Positions 55,409 through 64,000 of a stretch of 64,000 nt of DNA are shown here, piece by piece. The notes under the pieces were generated by a model. It made no database searches. It was not told where the DNA came from and saw nothing but the letters and a program-made list of their open reading frames with translations. Origin of the DNA: Candidatus Sungiibacteriota bacterium (GTDB lineage Bacteria; Patescibacteriota; Minisyncoccia; Sungbacterales; JACQCQ01); the NCBI GenBank assembly GCA_016201505.1, contig JACQCQ010000012.1, positions 10,187-74,186 of the forward strand, written 5' to 3'. The position numbers and the translations under genes were made by a program. Positions within the stretch are counted from its first letter, which is position 1. The number at the start of each line of letters is the position of its first letter.

Positions 55409-55445
55409 TATTTCCTATTTCCCATTTCCCATTTCCTATTTCCTA
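55409..55445. repeat. Tandem 7-mer (T/C)ATTTCC x5 between rpmI and rplT
   Basis: tatttcc-tatttcc-catttcc-catttcc-tatttcc. Confidence 0.85.
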
Positions 55446-55449
55446 AACT

Positions 55450-55800
55450 ATGGTTCGAGTAAAACGCGGCACAATCGCCCATAAGAAACGCGAGAAGCTT
55501 CTTCGGTACGCCAAAGGCTACCGCTGGGGCCGGAAAAATAAAGAGCGGCAAGCGCGCGAGGCTTTGCTGCATGCTTGGACCTATTCATTCCAGCATCGAA
55601 AAAAGAAAAAGGGTGAATTCAGAGCCCTCTGGAACGCCAAAATTTCGGCGGCACTCGACGGCTCCGAGGTATCATACAGCCAATTTATCGGCGCGCTCGG
55701 CAAGAAAAAAATAGGTCTCAATCGCAAGATGCTGGCCACCATCGCCGAACATCATCCCGAGACATTTAAGCAAATCCTGGCTGAAGTCGCCAGAACCTAA
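55450..55800 (+). CDS. rplT: 50S ribosomal protein L20
   Basis: MVRVKRG, AKGY, FRALW and LNRKMLA. Confidence 0.98.
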   Translation: MVRVKRGTIAHKKREKLLRYAKGYRWGRKNKERQAREALLHAWTYSFQHRKKKKGEFRALWNAKISAALDGSEVSYSQFIGALGKKKIGLNRKMLATIAEHHPETFKQILAEVART

Positions 55801-55828
55801 AAAGCCTCTCACGAGGCTTTTTAGGTTC
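55793..55828 (+). terminator. Intrinsic terminator after rplT
   Basis: gaacctaaaaagcctc-tcac-gaggctttttaggttc. Confidence 0.8.
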
Positions 55829-55844
55829 AGTGCTATAATTAGAT

Positions 55845-57377
55845 ATGATCACAGTACTCAACTTTGGCAGTCAGTTTGCACATCTTATCGCGCGAAGAAT
55901 CAGAAATTTCGGGGTCGCCTCCGAGATTTTGCCTTTCGATGCCCCCGTTGAGACAATTCTTGGCCTCAACCCGAGCGGAATTATATTATCCGGCAGTCCT
56001 GCATCGGTTTTGGAAAGCGGCGGTCCCCTCCCCGCTAAAAGAATCTTTGAACTTGGCATCCCGATTCTCGGCATTTGCTACGGCGAGCAATTGATAGCTC
56101 ATATGTTAAAAGGAAAAGTAGTAAAAGGCGCCCATCGAGAATTTGGCAAAGAAATGTTAATGATCCGAAAGAGAAGTAGCCTTTTTCAAGGTCTCTCGAA
56201 AACCGAAACAGTATGGTTTTCGCATGGCGATCAGGTCGCAAAAATGCCGCCGGGATTTATGAATACAGCAAGCACTAAAGGATGTGCCTACGCGGCATTT
56301 GAAGACCCCGAACGAAAATTATTTGGCATCCAATTCCATCCTGAAGTGACGCACACCAGGCACGGCAATCAAATTTTAGAGAATTTCGTATTCAAAATTT
56401 GCAAGGCAAGAAAAAACTGGAAACTAGAATCAGTAATTAAGGAGATAACTAAGAAAATAAAAGTGGGGGTCGGCACTTCCCACGTCGTTATTGGCATCTC
56501 CGGCGGCGTTGACTCGCTGGTGGCGGCAACACTTCTCTATCGCGCCATCGGAGATCAACTTCATGCGGTATTCGTGGATACAGGACTTCTTCGAAAGAAC
56601 GAAGTTGGTGAGGTCTCAACGACTCTCAAAAATCAGGGATTTAGAAATCTTCATGTCATTGATGCAAGTAAAATATTCCTAAAAAGGTTGTATGGAATCA
56701 AAGACCCAGAACAGAAAAGAAAAATCATTGGGCACACCTTTATCGAGATTTTTGAAAGAACCATTCAAACTAAATTAAAAAAATTCTCCATCAAATACTT
56801 AGCACAGGGAACAATCTACCCGGACCGGATTGAGTCAGCTCAAACTTCAAAATCAGCGGCAAAAATTAAAAGTCATCACAATCTGACGTTGCCGGAAAAA
56901 TTACACGTAAAAATCTTGGAGCCCCTAAAAGACTTATACAAAGATGAGGTGCGGGGAGTTGGACGTGAGATGCGCCTACCGCATGTCCTGTTATGGCGTC
57001 ACCCTTTTCCCGGACCGGGGCTTGGTATCCGCATTGTCGGCGAGATTACAAAAGCACGGCTCGAGATTTTACGCGAAGCCGACGCTATTTTTCTTAAAAT
57101 TTTGCAAGAAACCGGCGAATATCAAAAAATCTGGCAGGCGTTTGCCGTGCTGCTGCCGATAAAAACCGTCGGTGTGATGGGAGACGCCCGAACCTATGAG
57201 TATATGATCGCGCTCCGCGCCGTTGATTCGGTCGATGGCATGAGTGCCGATTGGCATAAAATCCCAAATGAAATTCTGGAGAAAATTTCATCGGCAATTG
57301 TCGGCAAAGTCCGCGGCGTCAACCGCGTGGTCTACGACATCACCCAAAAACCGCCGGCCACGATTGAGTATGAGTAA
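55845..57377 (+). CDS. guaA: GMP synthase (glutamine-hydrolysing)
   Basis: GICYG, QFHPEV, SGGVDS, RHPFPGPGL and KPPATIEYE. Confidence 0.99.
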   Translation: MITVLNFGSQFAHLIARRIRNFGVASEILPFDAPVETILGLNPSGIILSGSPASVLESGGPLPAKRIFELGIPILGICYGEQLIAHMLKGKVVKGAHREFGKEMLMIRKRSSLFQGLSKTETVWFSHGDQVAKMPPGFMNTASTKGCAYAAFEDPERKLFGIQFHPEVTHTRHGNQILENFVFKICKARKNWKLESVIKEITKKIKVGVGTSHVVIGISGGVDSLVAATLLYRAIGDQLHAVFVDTGLLRKNEVGEVSTTLKNQGFRNLHVIDASKIFLKRLYGIKDPEQKRKIIGHTFIEIFERTIQTKLKKFSIKYLAQGTIYPDRIESAQTSKSAAKIKSHHNLTLPEKLHVKILEPLKDLYKDEVRGVGREMRLPHVLLWRHPFPGPGLGIRIVGEITKARLEILREADAIFLKILQETGEYQKIWQAFAVLLPIKTVGVMGDARTYEYMIALRAVDSVDGMSADWHKIPNEILEKISSAIVGKVRGVNRVVYDITQKPPATIEYE

Positions 57378-57379
57378 GT

Positions 57380-58165
57380 TTAAATCGGCTTTCGAAAAAT
57401 AAGAGTTAAAAGAAAAATCGCCACACTTGAAAGAATCACCGCCGGGCCGGAGGCGATATGCATAAAATAAACGGCGGCCATGCCGAGCATAACCGAGATG
57501 GCCGCAAATATGACTGAAGCCGCGCCAAATTGCAGCAGGGTCCGCGCGATATTTTTGGCTGACGCCGCGGGAATAATGGTGAGGGTCCCCATTAAAAGTG
57601 TCCCCACAAATCGGATCCCGAGCGCCACAGAGCCCGCGAGCATGATGAGAAAAATCAGATTCGCGGTTTTCATTCTCCGTTCAGATACGTGGCCCAAATC
57701 GGGTGCCACAATTAAGAAAATCAGATTGCGCGAAAGAACAATCGTAACAAGCATCATAACGATTGAGGCGGCGACGATGATCCAGGCCTCAAGGGCGGTA
57801 ATTTGGGTTAGATTTCCGAACAAGGCTTCGAGTAAATCCGGTTCTGGCGTAAGCAATACCCCGGCGGCCAGACTGGCCGAAAACAAAACGCCGACAATGG
57901 CATCAGTCGGCAAATCCGTTCGACGTTCAATGCCGGAAATTAAAAAAGCGGCAAACAACAAAAAGGCGAAGGCCCCGACAAACGGATTAAGGTTAAAGAT
58001 AATGGCCAGCGCGACACCGGGAAGCGCAACATGCGACAGGGCGTCCGAGACGAGCGTCATGCGCCGCATGACCATGAACATCCCAAGAAATCCCGCGGCA
58101 ATGGCTACGGCCAGCCCGGCAATCAAACTATAGAAAAATCCGGAAGTTAAAAATTCAGTGCTCAT
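57380..58165 (-). CDS. Metal (Zn/Mn) ABC transporter permease, ZnuB-like
   Basis: DALSHVALPG, LFG and IIPAASA; multi-TM. Confidence 0.93.
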   Translation of the reverse strand: MSTEFLTSGFFYSLIAGLAVAIAAGFLGMFMVMRRMTLVSDALSHVALPGVALAIIFNLNPFVGAFAFLLFAAFLISGIERRTDLPTDAIVGVLFSASLAAGVLLTPEPDLLEALFGNLTQITALEAWIIVAASIVMMLVTIVLSRNLIFLIVAPDLGHVSERRMKTANLIFLIMLAGSVALGIRFVGTLLMGTLTIIPAASAKNIARTLLQFGAASVIFAAISVMLGMAAVYFMHIASGPAVILSSVAIFLLTLIFRKPI

Positions 58166-58279
58166 ACCTGTCTAAGTTTTTGTTATTTTTGATCTAGTAT
58201 TTTTTATACGATCGTGAATAGATTACTAGCTGGGAAAAATGATTTGAATAAATACCGCCTAACAAAAATCTTTCGCGGG

Positions 58280-59002
58280 TCATACTTCATTCTCGTGTCC
58301 ATGCAAATGATGGTAATAGGTCGCCTCACCATACAATTTCTCAAGCTGCGCTTGCGTTAGCGTATCATGCGGCGCACCGGCGCAAATTAATTTCCTATTT
58401 AAGCAAAGGACTTTGGTCGCATATTTAAAGACTATATTTAACTCATGCGAAACAAGCAGAATGGTAATGCCCAGTTGATCCTGCAAGGAGTGCAGCAAAT
58501 TATAAATCGTCTGCTCACCGGCAACATCCACCCCGGCGGTTGGTTCATCAAACAGCAAAACATTCGGCCCGTCATAAATCGCCCAGCCAATTAAAGCGCG
58601 CTGCAGCTCGCCCCCGGAAAGTGTCCCAAGCCGCTCATCAATCGTTGACTCGGGCAGCTCCACCATCTTCAAATATTTTTTGATTTCTACATCAGCATTC
58701 GAAAATAAAAAATTGCCTTCATGCAGTTGGAAAAACTCACGGACACTTATCGGCGTCGTCCGATCAATCTGAAATCTCTGCGGCACATAGCCAATCGTTA
58801 CTCCTTTCCGCCAACGAATCTCGCCTTCATAGCGCATGAGACCCAAAAGGCATTTAAACAAAACCGTCTTCCCGGCCCCATTCGGCCCAATAATCGCCGC
58901 CGCGTCTCCTTCCTCAATCGAAAAGGAAATGTCCGAGAGTATCGCCTCTTTTAGAATCGTGACGTTTAAGTTTTTTACTTCCAAAATCGGCTCTTTATCC
59001 AT
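58280..59002 (-). CDS. Metal ABC transporter ATP-binding protein, ZnuC-like
   Basis: GPNGAGKT, LSGGELQR, DEPTAGVD and a His-rich tail; probable ATG at 59002. Confidence 0.94.
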   Translation of the reverse strand: MDKEPILEVKNLNVTILKEAILSDISFSIEEGDAAAIIGPNGAGKTVLFKCLLGLMRYEGEIRWRKGVTIGYVPQRFQIDRTTPISVREFFQLHEGNFLFSNADVEIKKYLKMVELPESTIDERLGTLSGGELQRALIGWAIYDGPNVLLFDEPTAGVDVAGEQTIYNLLHSLQDQLGITILLVSHELNIVFKYATKVLCLNRKLICAGAPHDTLTQAQLEKLYGEATYYHHLHGHENEV

Positions 59003-59501
59003 AGAATCTTGAATCAATCTTATCCTGAATATTCTTTTGAAAATAGCCTCGGTATTTTTCTTGAAGTTCCGGCAATTTCCAGTCGTTGCCGGTGATGACA
59101 CCTCGGCAATTTTTAGCTCCACAAAGGCATTCCATTGAATAATTAGGATCGTCATCAAACGTCCCATAATCAATTGTGACTTCTTCTCCGGGCAATATGT
59201 CTTGTAATGTCACTGACTCGTGGATAGAGAGTAACGAGGCAGTATTTGGATCGCATGAGTGATTTGTTAGCCATTCAGCCGAAGGATGATCGAAATCCTT
59301 CGGACAAAGGCAGTGATTTTCATCTATTTGAAAGCAGAGATCATAGCCGCGCTGGCCGGCGGCTTCAATTTCTTTGTTGGTTCGTATCACACCGTCAGGA
59401 ATATGAAAATGTTCACCTTTCTTAACTAACTCTTTGGCAAATACGCCCTGCCCTTTTTCTCCCGCATTACGAACTTCCATTTTGTAGTTTGAGTATTTCA
59501 T
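58995..59501 (-). CDS. SET-domain protein with post-SET motif
   Basis: KGQGVFA, NHSCDPN, GEEVTIDY and CLCGAKNCRG. Confidence 0.93.
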   Translation of the reverse strand: MKYSNYKMEVRNAGEKGQGVFAKELVKKGEHFHIPDGVIRTNKEIEAAGQRGYDLCFQIDENHCLCPKDFDHPSAEWLTNHSCDPNTASLLSIHESVTLQDILPGEEVTIDYGTFDDDPNYSMECLCGAKNCRGVITGNDWKLPELQEKYRGYFQKNIQDKIDSRFYG

Positions 59502-61222
59502 TTCAGTATTTTCAGCATCTTCTCATACGGCAGTGTATTAATGATATGCTTTTTCTCGCACCAGCCGCGGCGGGCTTGGGCGATGCCATACTCCAATAGA
59601 CCGAAGTGACTGACAGCATGTGCGTCAGAATCAATCGAAAATAAAACTCCGGCCTCACGGGCTTTCATTATATGCTCGTCTTTTAAATCAAGCCGGTCGG
59701 GATAGCTGTTAATTTCTAAAATTGTTTTAGTTCGTTTAGCCGCTTTTATGATTGCCTCGATATCCAAATCAATCGGCTCGCGTTTTTGAATCAACCGCCC
59801 AGTCGGGTGAAACAATACATCAATATGCGGACTTTCCATGGCACGAATGAGACGTTTTGTTTGCTCAACTCGCGAAAGTTTGAAATGTGAATGAACGGCG
59901 GCCCCGACGCAATCGAGTTTTGCCAAAATTTCGTCTTTAATATCCAATCTTCCATCCGCCAAAATATTCACCTCCGCACCTTTTAAGACTTTGAACTTCA
60001 CGCTGCGACTTTGGAGCTCTTTATTTACCTTATCAATCTCCGCCATTTGTTTTAGAAGCTTCTTTTCATCCGACCCGCCGGTCATGGCGAGCGTTTTTGT
60101 GTGATCGGTAATCGCAATATACTCAAGTCCGCGCGTATGTGCCGCGAGCGCCATATCCAAAATCGAATCTTTGCCATCCGTCCAATCAGTTTGCGTCTGC
60201 AAATCACCCTTCAGGTCACCGTAACCAACGAGTTTTGGAAGTCTATGCCGGATGGCTACATCAATCTCGCCCAAATCCTCGCGCATCTCCGGCTCGACGT
60301 AGTCCATACCGAGTTTTTTATATAAATCCTCTTCTGTTCTGCCTGCGATTTGGTTTTTCGCTTTAAACAAGCCGTATTCGTTTAACTTCCAGCCTTTCTT
60401 GATGGCGATCTGACGCAAATGCACGTTATGGGCTTTCGAGCCCGTAAAATAATTGAGCGCGGCGCCGAATGATTTCTCTGGCACAACGCGAATATCGACT
60501 TGAATCCCGTTTTGCATAACAACTGATGACTTTGTCTCGCCATGGGCTAAAACATTGCGGACTTCAGGCAGGCCGACAACATAATCCATCACTTTCTTTG
60601 GTTCTTTTGAGACCACAAGCATATCCAGGTCGCCAATCGTCTCTTTCCATCTTCGGGCCGAGCCTGCAATCTCGACCCGATCAACTTCTTTTCGCTTCTC
60701 GAGTAAAATTTTAAGTCCCCGCGCATAGGGCAGCATATCACCCAATCGAAAACGTTTGCCCGACCCTTTTAAAAACTCGATGCCCTTTAGAATTTTCTCT
60801 TCCGATTTCTGGCCGAATCTCGGAAGCTTGGCAATTTTTCCGGCCCGCGCGGCTTTTTCCAAATCCGCCACATTTTTAATACGCAACTTCTGCCATAAAA
60901 CTTTGATGGCTTTTGGCCCAACGCCTTCGATCTCCCTCAAGGCCGAAATATCAGCCGGCAGTTTTTTCTTCATCCGTTCGTATTCACGAACGCGCCCCGT
61001 CTTTAAATACTCCTCCAGCTTGTCGGCGATGGCCTGGCCCACGCCGGGGATTTCAAGCAAGGCTTTCCTGCCGCCACGTTTGTATATATCGCTCAAATCC
61101 TCACCAAGCGCATTCACCGACTCATAGGCCCGCATATAGGCGCGCGGCTTAAACGGCACATCATCGGCCTCGAGCAATTCCGCGATCTCATATAAAATCT
61201 TCGACACTTCGCGATTTGCCAT
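59498..61222 (-). CDS. polX: DNA polymerase X / PHP-domain protein
   Basis: IPGVG HhH, AGSARR..TIGDLD, YFTGSKAHN, ITDH and DSDAH. Confidence 0.97.
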   Translation of the reverse strand: MANREVSKILYEIAELLEADDVPFKPRAYMRAYESVNALGEDLSDIYKRGGRKALLEIPGVGQAIADKLEEYLKTGRVREYERMKKKLPADISALREIEGVGPKAIKVLWQKLRIKNVADLEKAARAGKIAKLPRFGQKSEEKILKGIEFLKGSGKRFRLGDMLPYARGLKILLEKRKEVDRVEIAGSARRWKETIGDLDMLVVSKEPKKVMDYVVGLPEVRNVLAHGETKSSVVMQNGIQVDIRVVPEKSFGAALNYFTGSKAHNVHLRQIAIKKGWKLNEYGLFKAKNQIAGRTEEDLYKKLGMDYVEPEMREDLGEIDVAIRHRLPKLVGYGDLKGDLQTQTDWTDGKDSILDMALAAHTRGLEYIAITDHTKTLAMTGGSDEKKLLKQMAEIDKVNKELQSRSVKFKVLKGAEVNILADGRLDIKDEILAKLDCVGAAVHSHFKLSRVEQTKRLIRAMESPHIDVLFHPTGRLIQKREPIDLDIEAIIKAAKRTKTILEINSYPDRLDLKDEHIMKAREAGVLFSIDSDAHAVSHFGLLEYGIAQARRGWCEKKHIINTLPYEKMLKILK

Positions 61223-61376
61223 AGCTCTATGGTATCAACTTTTCTCCCCCTAAAAACAGCCGACCCACTGTTGACGGACTTCGCAAACGGCGGGTCGCGG
61301 TCAATTGTCATGTTGTCTCAACTCTACGCTATAGCGTAGAATGCATACAGTCGATCCAAAAAAAACGCGGGGCTCT

Positions 61377-62021
61377 TTAAAACAGCGACTGCATCGGCGG
61401 AGGTTCTTTTTTCTTTTCCGGGATTTTCTCTGGTTCGGCTGTGGCAGAAATTGTCGGTCCGCCAGCTGGCGGATGGCCGGTAATTAAATCCGGCAATCTT
61501 TTGAAACTCTCCTCTAATGTTTTCATAAACGCGCCTTGGCGGAGGGCGGCAGCGGGATGCAGCATAGGAATTACTTTTCGCCCTTGATATATAAAAACTC
61601 TTCCTTGGTCGCGCGAGATTTTGGCCTCGGGTAGAAAATAGTTCATCGAAAACCGGCCAAGCGGCACAATGGCTTTCGGATTTATGATTTCAATTTGGCG
61701 CGCCAGATATGGCTTGTAGGCCGCAATTTCTTCCGGCAGAGGATCGCGATTCTCCGGCGGCCGGCGTTTTACAATATTTGAAATATAAACATCTTTTCTA
61801 TCCCAGCCGACCATCGTAAGTAACTTATCAAGCAGTTTTCCCGCCATGCCGACAAACGGGCGGCCCAGGCGATCTTCATGGAATCCGGGCGCTTCGCCGA
61901 TAAACATGACTTCGGCGTCAGGACTGCCTTCGCCAAACACTAAGTTCGATTCACGAAGCGGCAAATTCCTATCGGCTGCGATTTCGGCCTCTAAATTTTT
62001 TAATTCATCGAGTTTCGCCAT
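61377..62021 (-). CDS. Uracil-DNA glycosylase, family 4-like, cysteine-free
   Basis: VFGEG, IGEAPG..ED..GRPFVG.AG and HPAAALR. Confidence 0.94.
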   Translation of the reverse strand: MAKLDELKNLEAEIAADRNLPLRESNLVFGEGSPDAEVMFIGEAPGFHEDRLGRPFVGMAGKLLDKLLTMVGWDRKDVYISNIVKRRPPENRDPLPEEIAAYKPYLARQIEIINPKAIVPLGRFSMNYFLPEAKISRDQGRVFIYQGRKVIPMLHPAAALRQGAFMKTLEESFKRLPDLITGHPPAGGPTISATAEPEKIPEKKKEPPPMQSLF

Positions 62022-63151
62022 TATTTTAAAATTAATCCATACATCAGACCGAAAACAAACAAACCTATCAGCGCATCAGACAGAATCGAGTCATAGTGTT
62101 TCGGGATAATCGAGACGTGACGCAGACGTTTCCAGAGATATACGATGAAAATCCCTTCGGCGGCGATGGTAAACGACCCGATAAAACTGACAACCCGGAC
62201 AAAATCCGAGATGCCGATACCGTAGAGTAAAAATGGGGCAACGGCGGCCAAAAGCCAGGCGGATCGTTTTGGCAGGCCAAAATCAAATTGCAAGAGGCCG
62301 CGAAATGAAAGGCCGACGCCGCAATAAGCCGTTGAAGTGGATAAAAATCCAACCAGTGCTCCAAGCATGACGACACCGCTGCCGAACGTTGCGGCCAGAC
62401 CCGAAATCGCATCCCTTGAGACGCCATGCGGTGAAGCGCCGATGATTGAAAGAACAAATAAAAAATAAACGATGGCGGGAATAATGGTCCCGATGATAAG
62501 CACCTGTTTTAAATGAGTTTTATTTCTCCCCAGTGTGCGGGCCACGCGAGGGATGACGGAGACACCCGTCAGGGCAAATAAAATTGGGCCATACGGGGTG
62601 AGAATATTTGAAAGATTGATTTTGGCGATAAAATTAAAATCGGCATGCGTGAGACCGAGAATAATCAGAACCGCCATGAATATCAGGAGTAGAGTTGCCA
62701 GCGCACTGTCAATTTCTGTCGCCACCGCGGAATCATAGAAAAAGACGAAGAGCCCGAGGGTAAAATAAAACAGCAGTGCCGCCACTTCGGCTTGTGCGGG
62801 GAAAAACTGCGAGATCAAAAGGCCTAAGAATTTAGTGCCGAGAATGACGTAGACGACGAGGGCTCCCAACAGATTGAAGGTTGAGATGATAGACCCGAGG
62901 CGCACCCACTTCTTGCCCAAAATCATCTTTGCATAACCGGGCAACTGGTGCGAGCCTTGAACCGCCAGAATGACATCACCATACATGAGACTAATGGCTA
63001 TGACCGCGACAGTTAAAACCAAAAGCTCAATTGAGCCGAGCAAAAAACCCGCTTCAGAAAATACAAACGGCAGCGCAAAAACGCCAACACCGATGATGCT
63101 GCCGATGAATAATGCCAAAGCCTGAATAAATCGGCTCATACCCGGTGCCAC
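62021..63151 (-). CDS. Amino acid permease (aromatic/HAAAP-like)
   Basis: [13 protein letters not shown]; about 11 TM segments. Confidence 0.85.
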   Translation of the reverse strand: MAPGMSRFIQALALFIGSIIGVGVFALPFVFSEAGFLLGSIELLVLTVAVIAISLMYGDVILAVQGSHQLPGYAKMILGKKWVRLGSIISTFNLLGALVVYVILGTKFLGLLISQFFPAQAEVAALLFYFTLGLFVFFYDSAVATEIDSALATLLLIFMAVLIILGLTHADFNFIAKINLSNILTPYGPILFALTGVSVIPRVARTLGRNKTHLKQVLIIGTIIPAIVYFLFVLSIIGASPHGVSRDAISGLAATFGSGVVMLGALVGFLSTSTAYCGVGLSFRGLLQFDFGLPKRSAWLLAAVAPFLLYGIGISDFVRVVSFIGSFTIAAEGIFIVYLWKRLRHVSIIPKHYDSILSDALIGLFVFGLMYGLILK

Positions 63152-63293
63152 AACTTTGAACAGTCGCCAAAAGCGACCGAGCAGGAGTGATCAACAATAA
63201 ACTGCACTAACCTTTTTTCTCGCATAGCCGTTGTTCACGAACGATTACTTTACATTCGAAGTTGCGGCGACCGGGCATGCGAAAAATAAAAAC

Positions 63294-63872
63294 TTACACC
63301 GCAGCCGCCTTGTCTTTTTGAATCAACTCCACCACGCGGCTAAGCAGTCGTTTGGGATCACTGTCGTAGACAATTTTGCCCGGCCCGCGATGCGATTTTT
63401 TAACAATCTCTTCAATTTCATCCGCCGCGCCGCCGGTGCCGGTGAGCACGCCGATGGGCTTATTATCTTCAAAGACGTCGGTAAATTCATTTAGGGTGCC
63501 GATGCGGCCGCAGGAAATTAGGACTGCGTCCGCGGTTCGCGTCATCAACAAGTTGCGTCCGGAGTAGCCGAATCCGGTGTACATAATCAGATCATGGAAC
63601 TCCATCGGCAATTTATATTTTTCTACATGCTCCCGTTCGGTTGAGGCCGGCGAAATGCCGACAACCAGCCCGTCCGCCTCTTTGGCCCCAATGGCGGCCC
63701 AAAAAGGTGCGCCGGTTGTCGCCCCGGTTATTAAAATATAGCCGCGAGAGGCGATCTCGTGACCCAAGCCTTTGGTTTTTTCGAGCGCATCCGGTGCGCA
63801 GTACCCCGTGTCCGCCGCCCCCGAGACAGCAATTTTCAATTTAACTTCCGACCGCGGTTTTGGTTCATCCAT
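63294..63872 (-). CDS. LOG/SLOG-family nucleotide-binding protein
   Basis: IAVSGAA, ITGATTG, GRN and GRIGTLNEF; probable ATG at 63872. Confidence 0.85.
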   Translation of the reverse strand: MDEPKPRSEVKLKIAVSGAADTGYCAPDALEKTKGLGHEIASRGYILITGATTGAPFWAAIGAKEADGLVVGISPASTEREHVEKYKLPMEFHDLIMYTGFGYSGRNLLMTRTADAVLISCGRIGTLNEFTDVFEDNKPIGVLTGTGGAADEIEEIVKKSHRGPGKIVYDSDPKRLLSRVVELIQKDKAAAV

Positions 63873-63918
63873 ATCGTTCTTACTATACCATACCAAAATG
63901 CTCCTCAACGTCGAACCA

Positions 63919-64000
63919 CTATGCGATAAGATTTCGTTGCTTCAAGCGGGGCAGAACTTCTCCGCCAAAAATTGAGCCGATCTTCAGTTGATCGGGCGGG
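63919..64000 (-). CDS. Possible 3' end of a gene running off the window
   Basis: Open frame ..PPDQLKIGSIFGGEVLPRLKQRNLIA* on the same strand as its neighbours. Confidence 0.3.
   Translation of the reverse strand, partial: PPDQLKIGSIFGGEVLPRLKQRNLIA

Overview
This window is mostly housekeeping chromosome from what looks like a Patescibacteria (CPR, Parcubacteria-like) genome using genetic code 11. The assignment is inferred from compact overlapping genes, a short Mfd, homodimeric GlyRS, class II RNR and aminoacyl-tRNA synthetases with extra domains. It carries the str operon (rpsL-rpsG-fusA, partial), ftsA-ftsZ, nrdJ-btuR, comEC, dprA-topA, relA, parB, six tRNA synthetases, smpB-tmRNA, infC-rpmI-rplT, guaA, polX, tRNA-Pro(GGG) and tRNA-Leu(CAA). 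The most striking signal is non-genic. A GxxExxY gene inside the str operon is bracketed by 36-bp inverted arms, and the same two arms occur joined head-to-head with no gene at 16129-16198, giving a filled and an empty form of one element. About a dozen 7-nt-periodic arrays and several short GC-rich palindrome families recur across the window. They are nested inside each other, inserted in frame in EF-G, Mfd, LeuRS, TatD and UDG and inside tmRNA, and they supply start or stop codons. There is also a tandem pair of covarying structured RNA motifs (4009-4320) that I do not recognise, an orphan DGR-target-like gene, an amber-interrupted pyrE and a CTG-start rpsL. All calls come from reading the sequence by eye; no searches were run.
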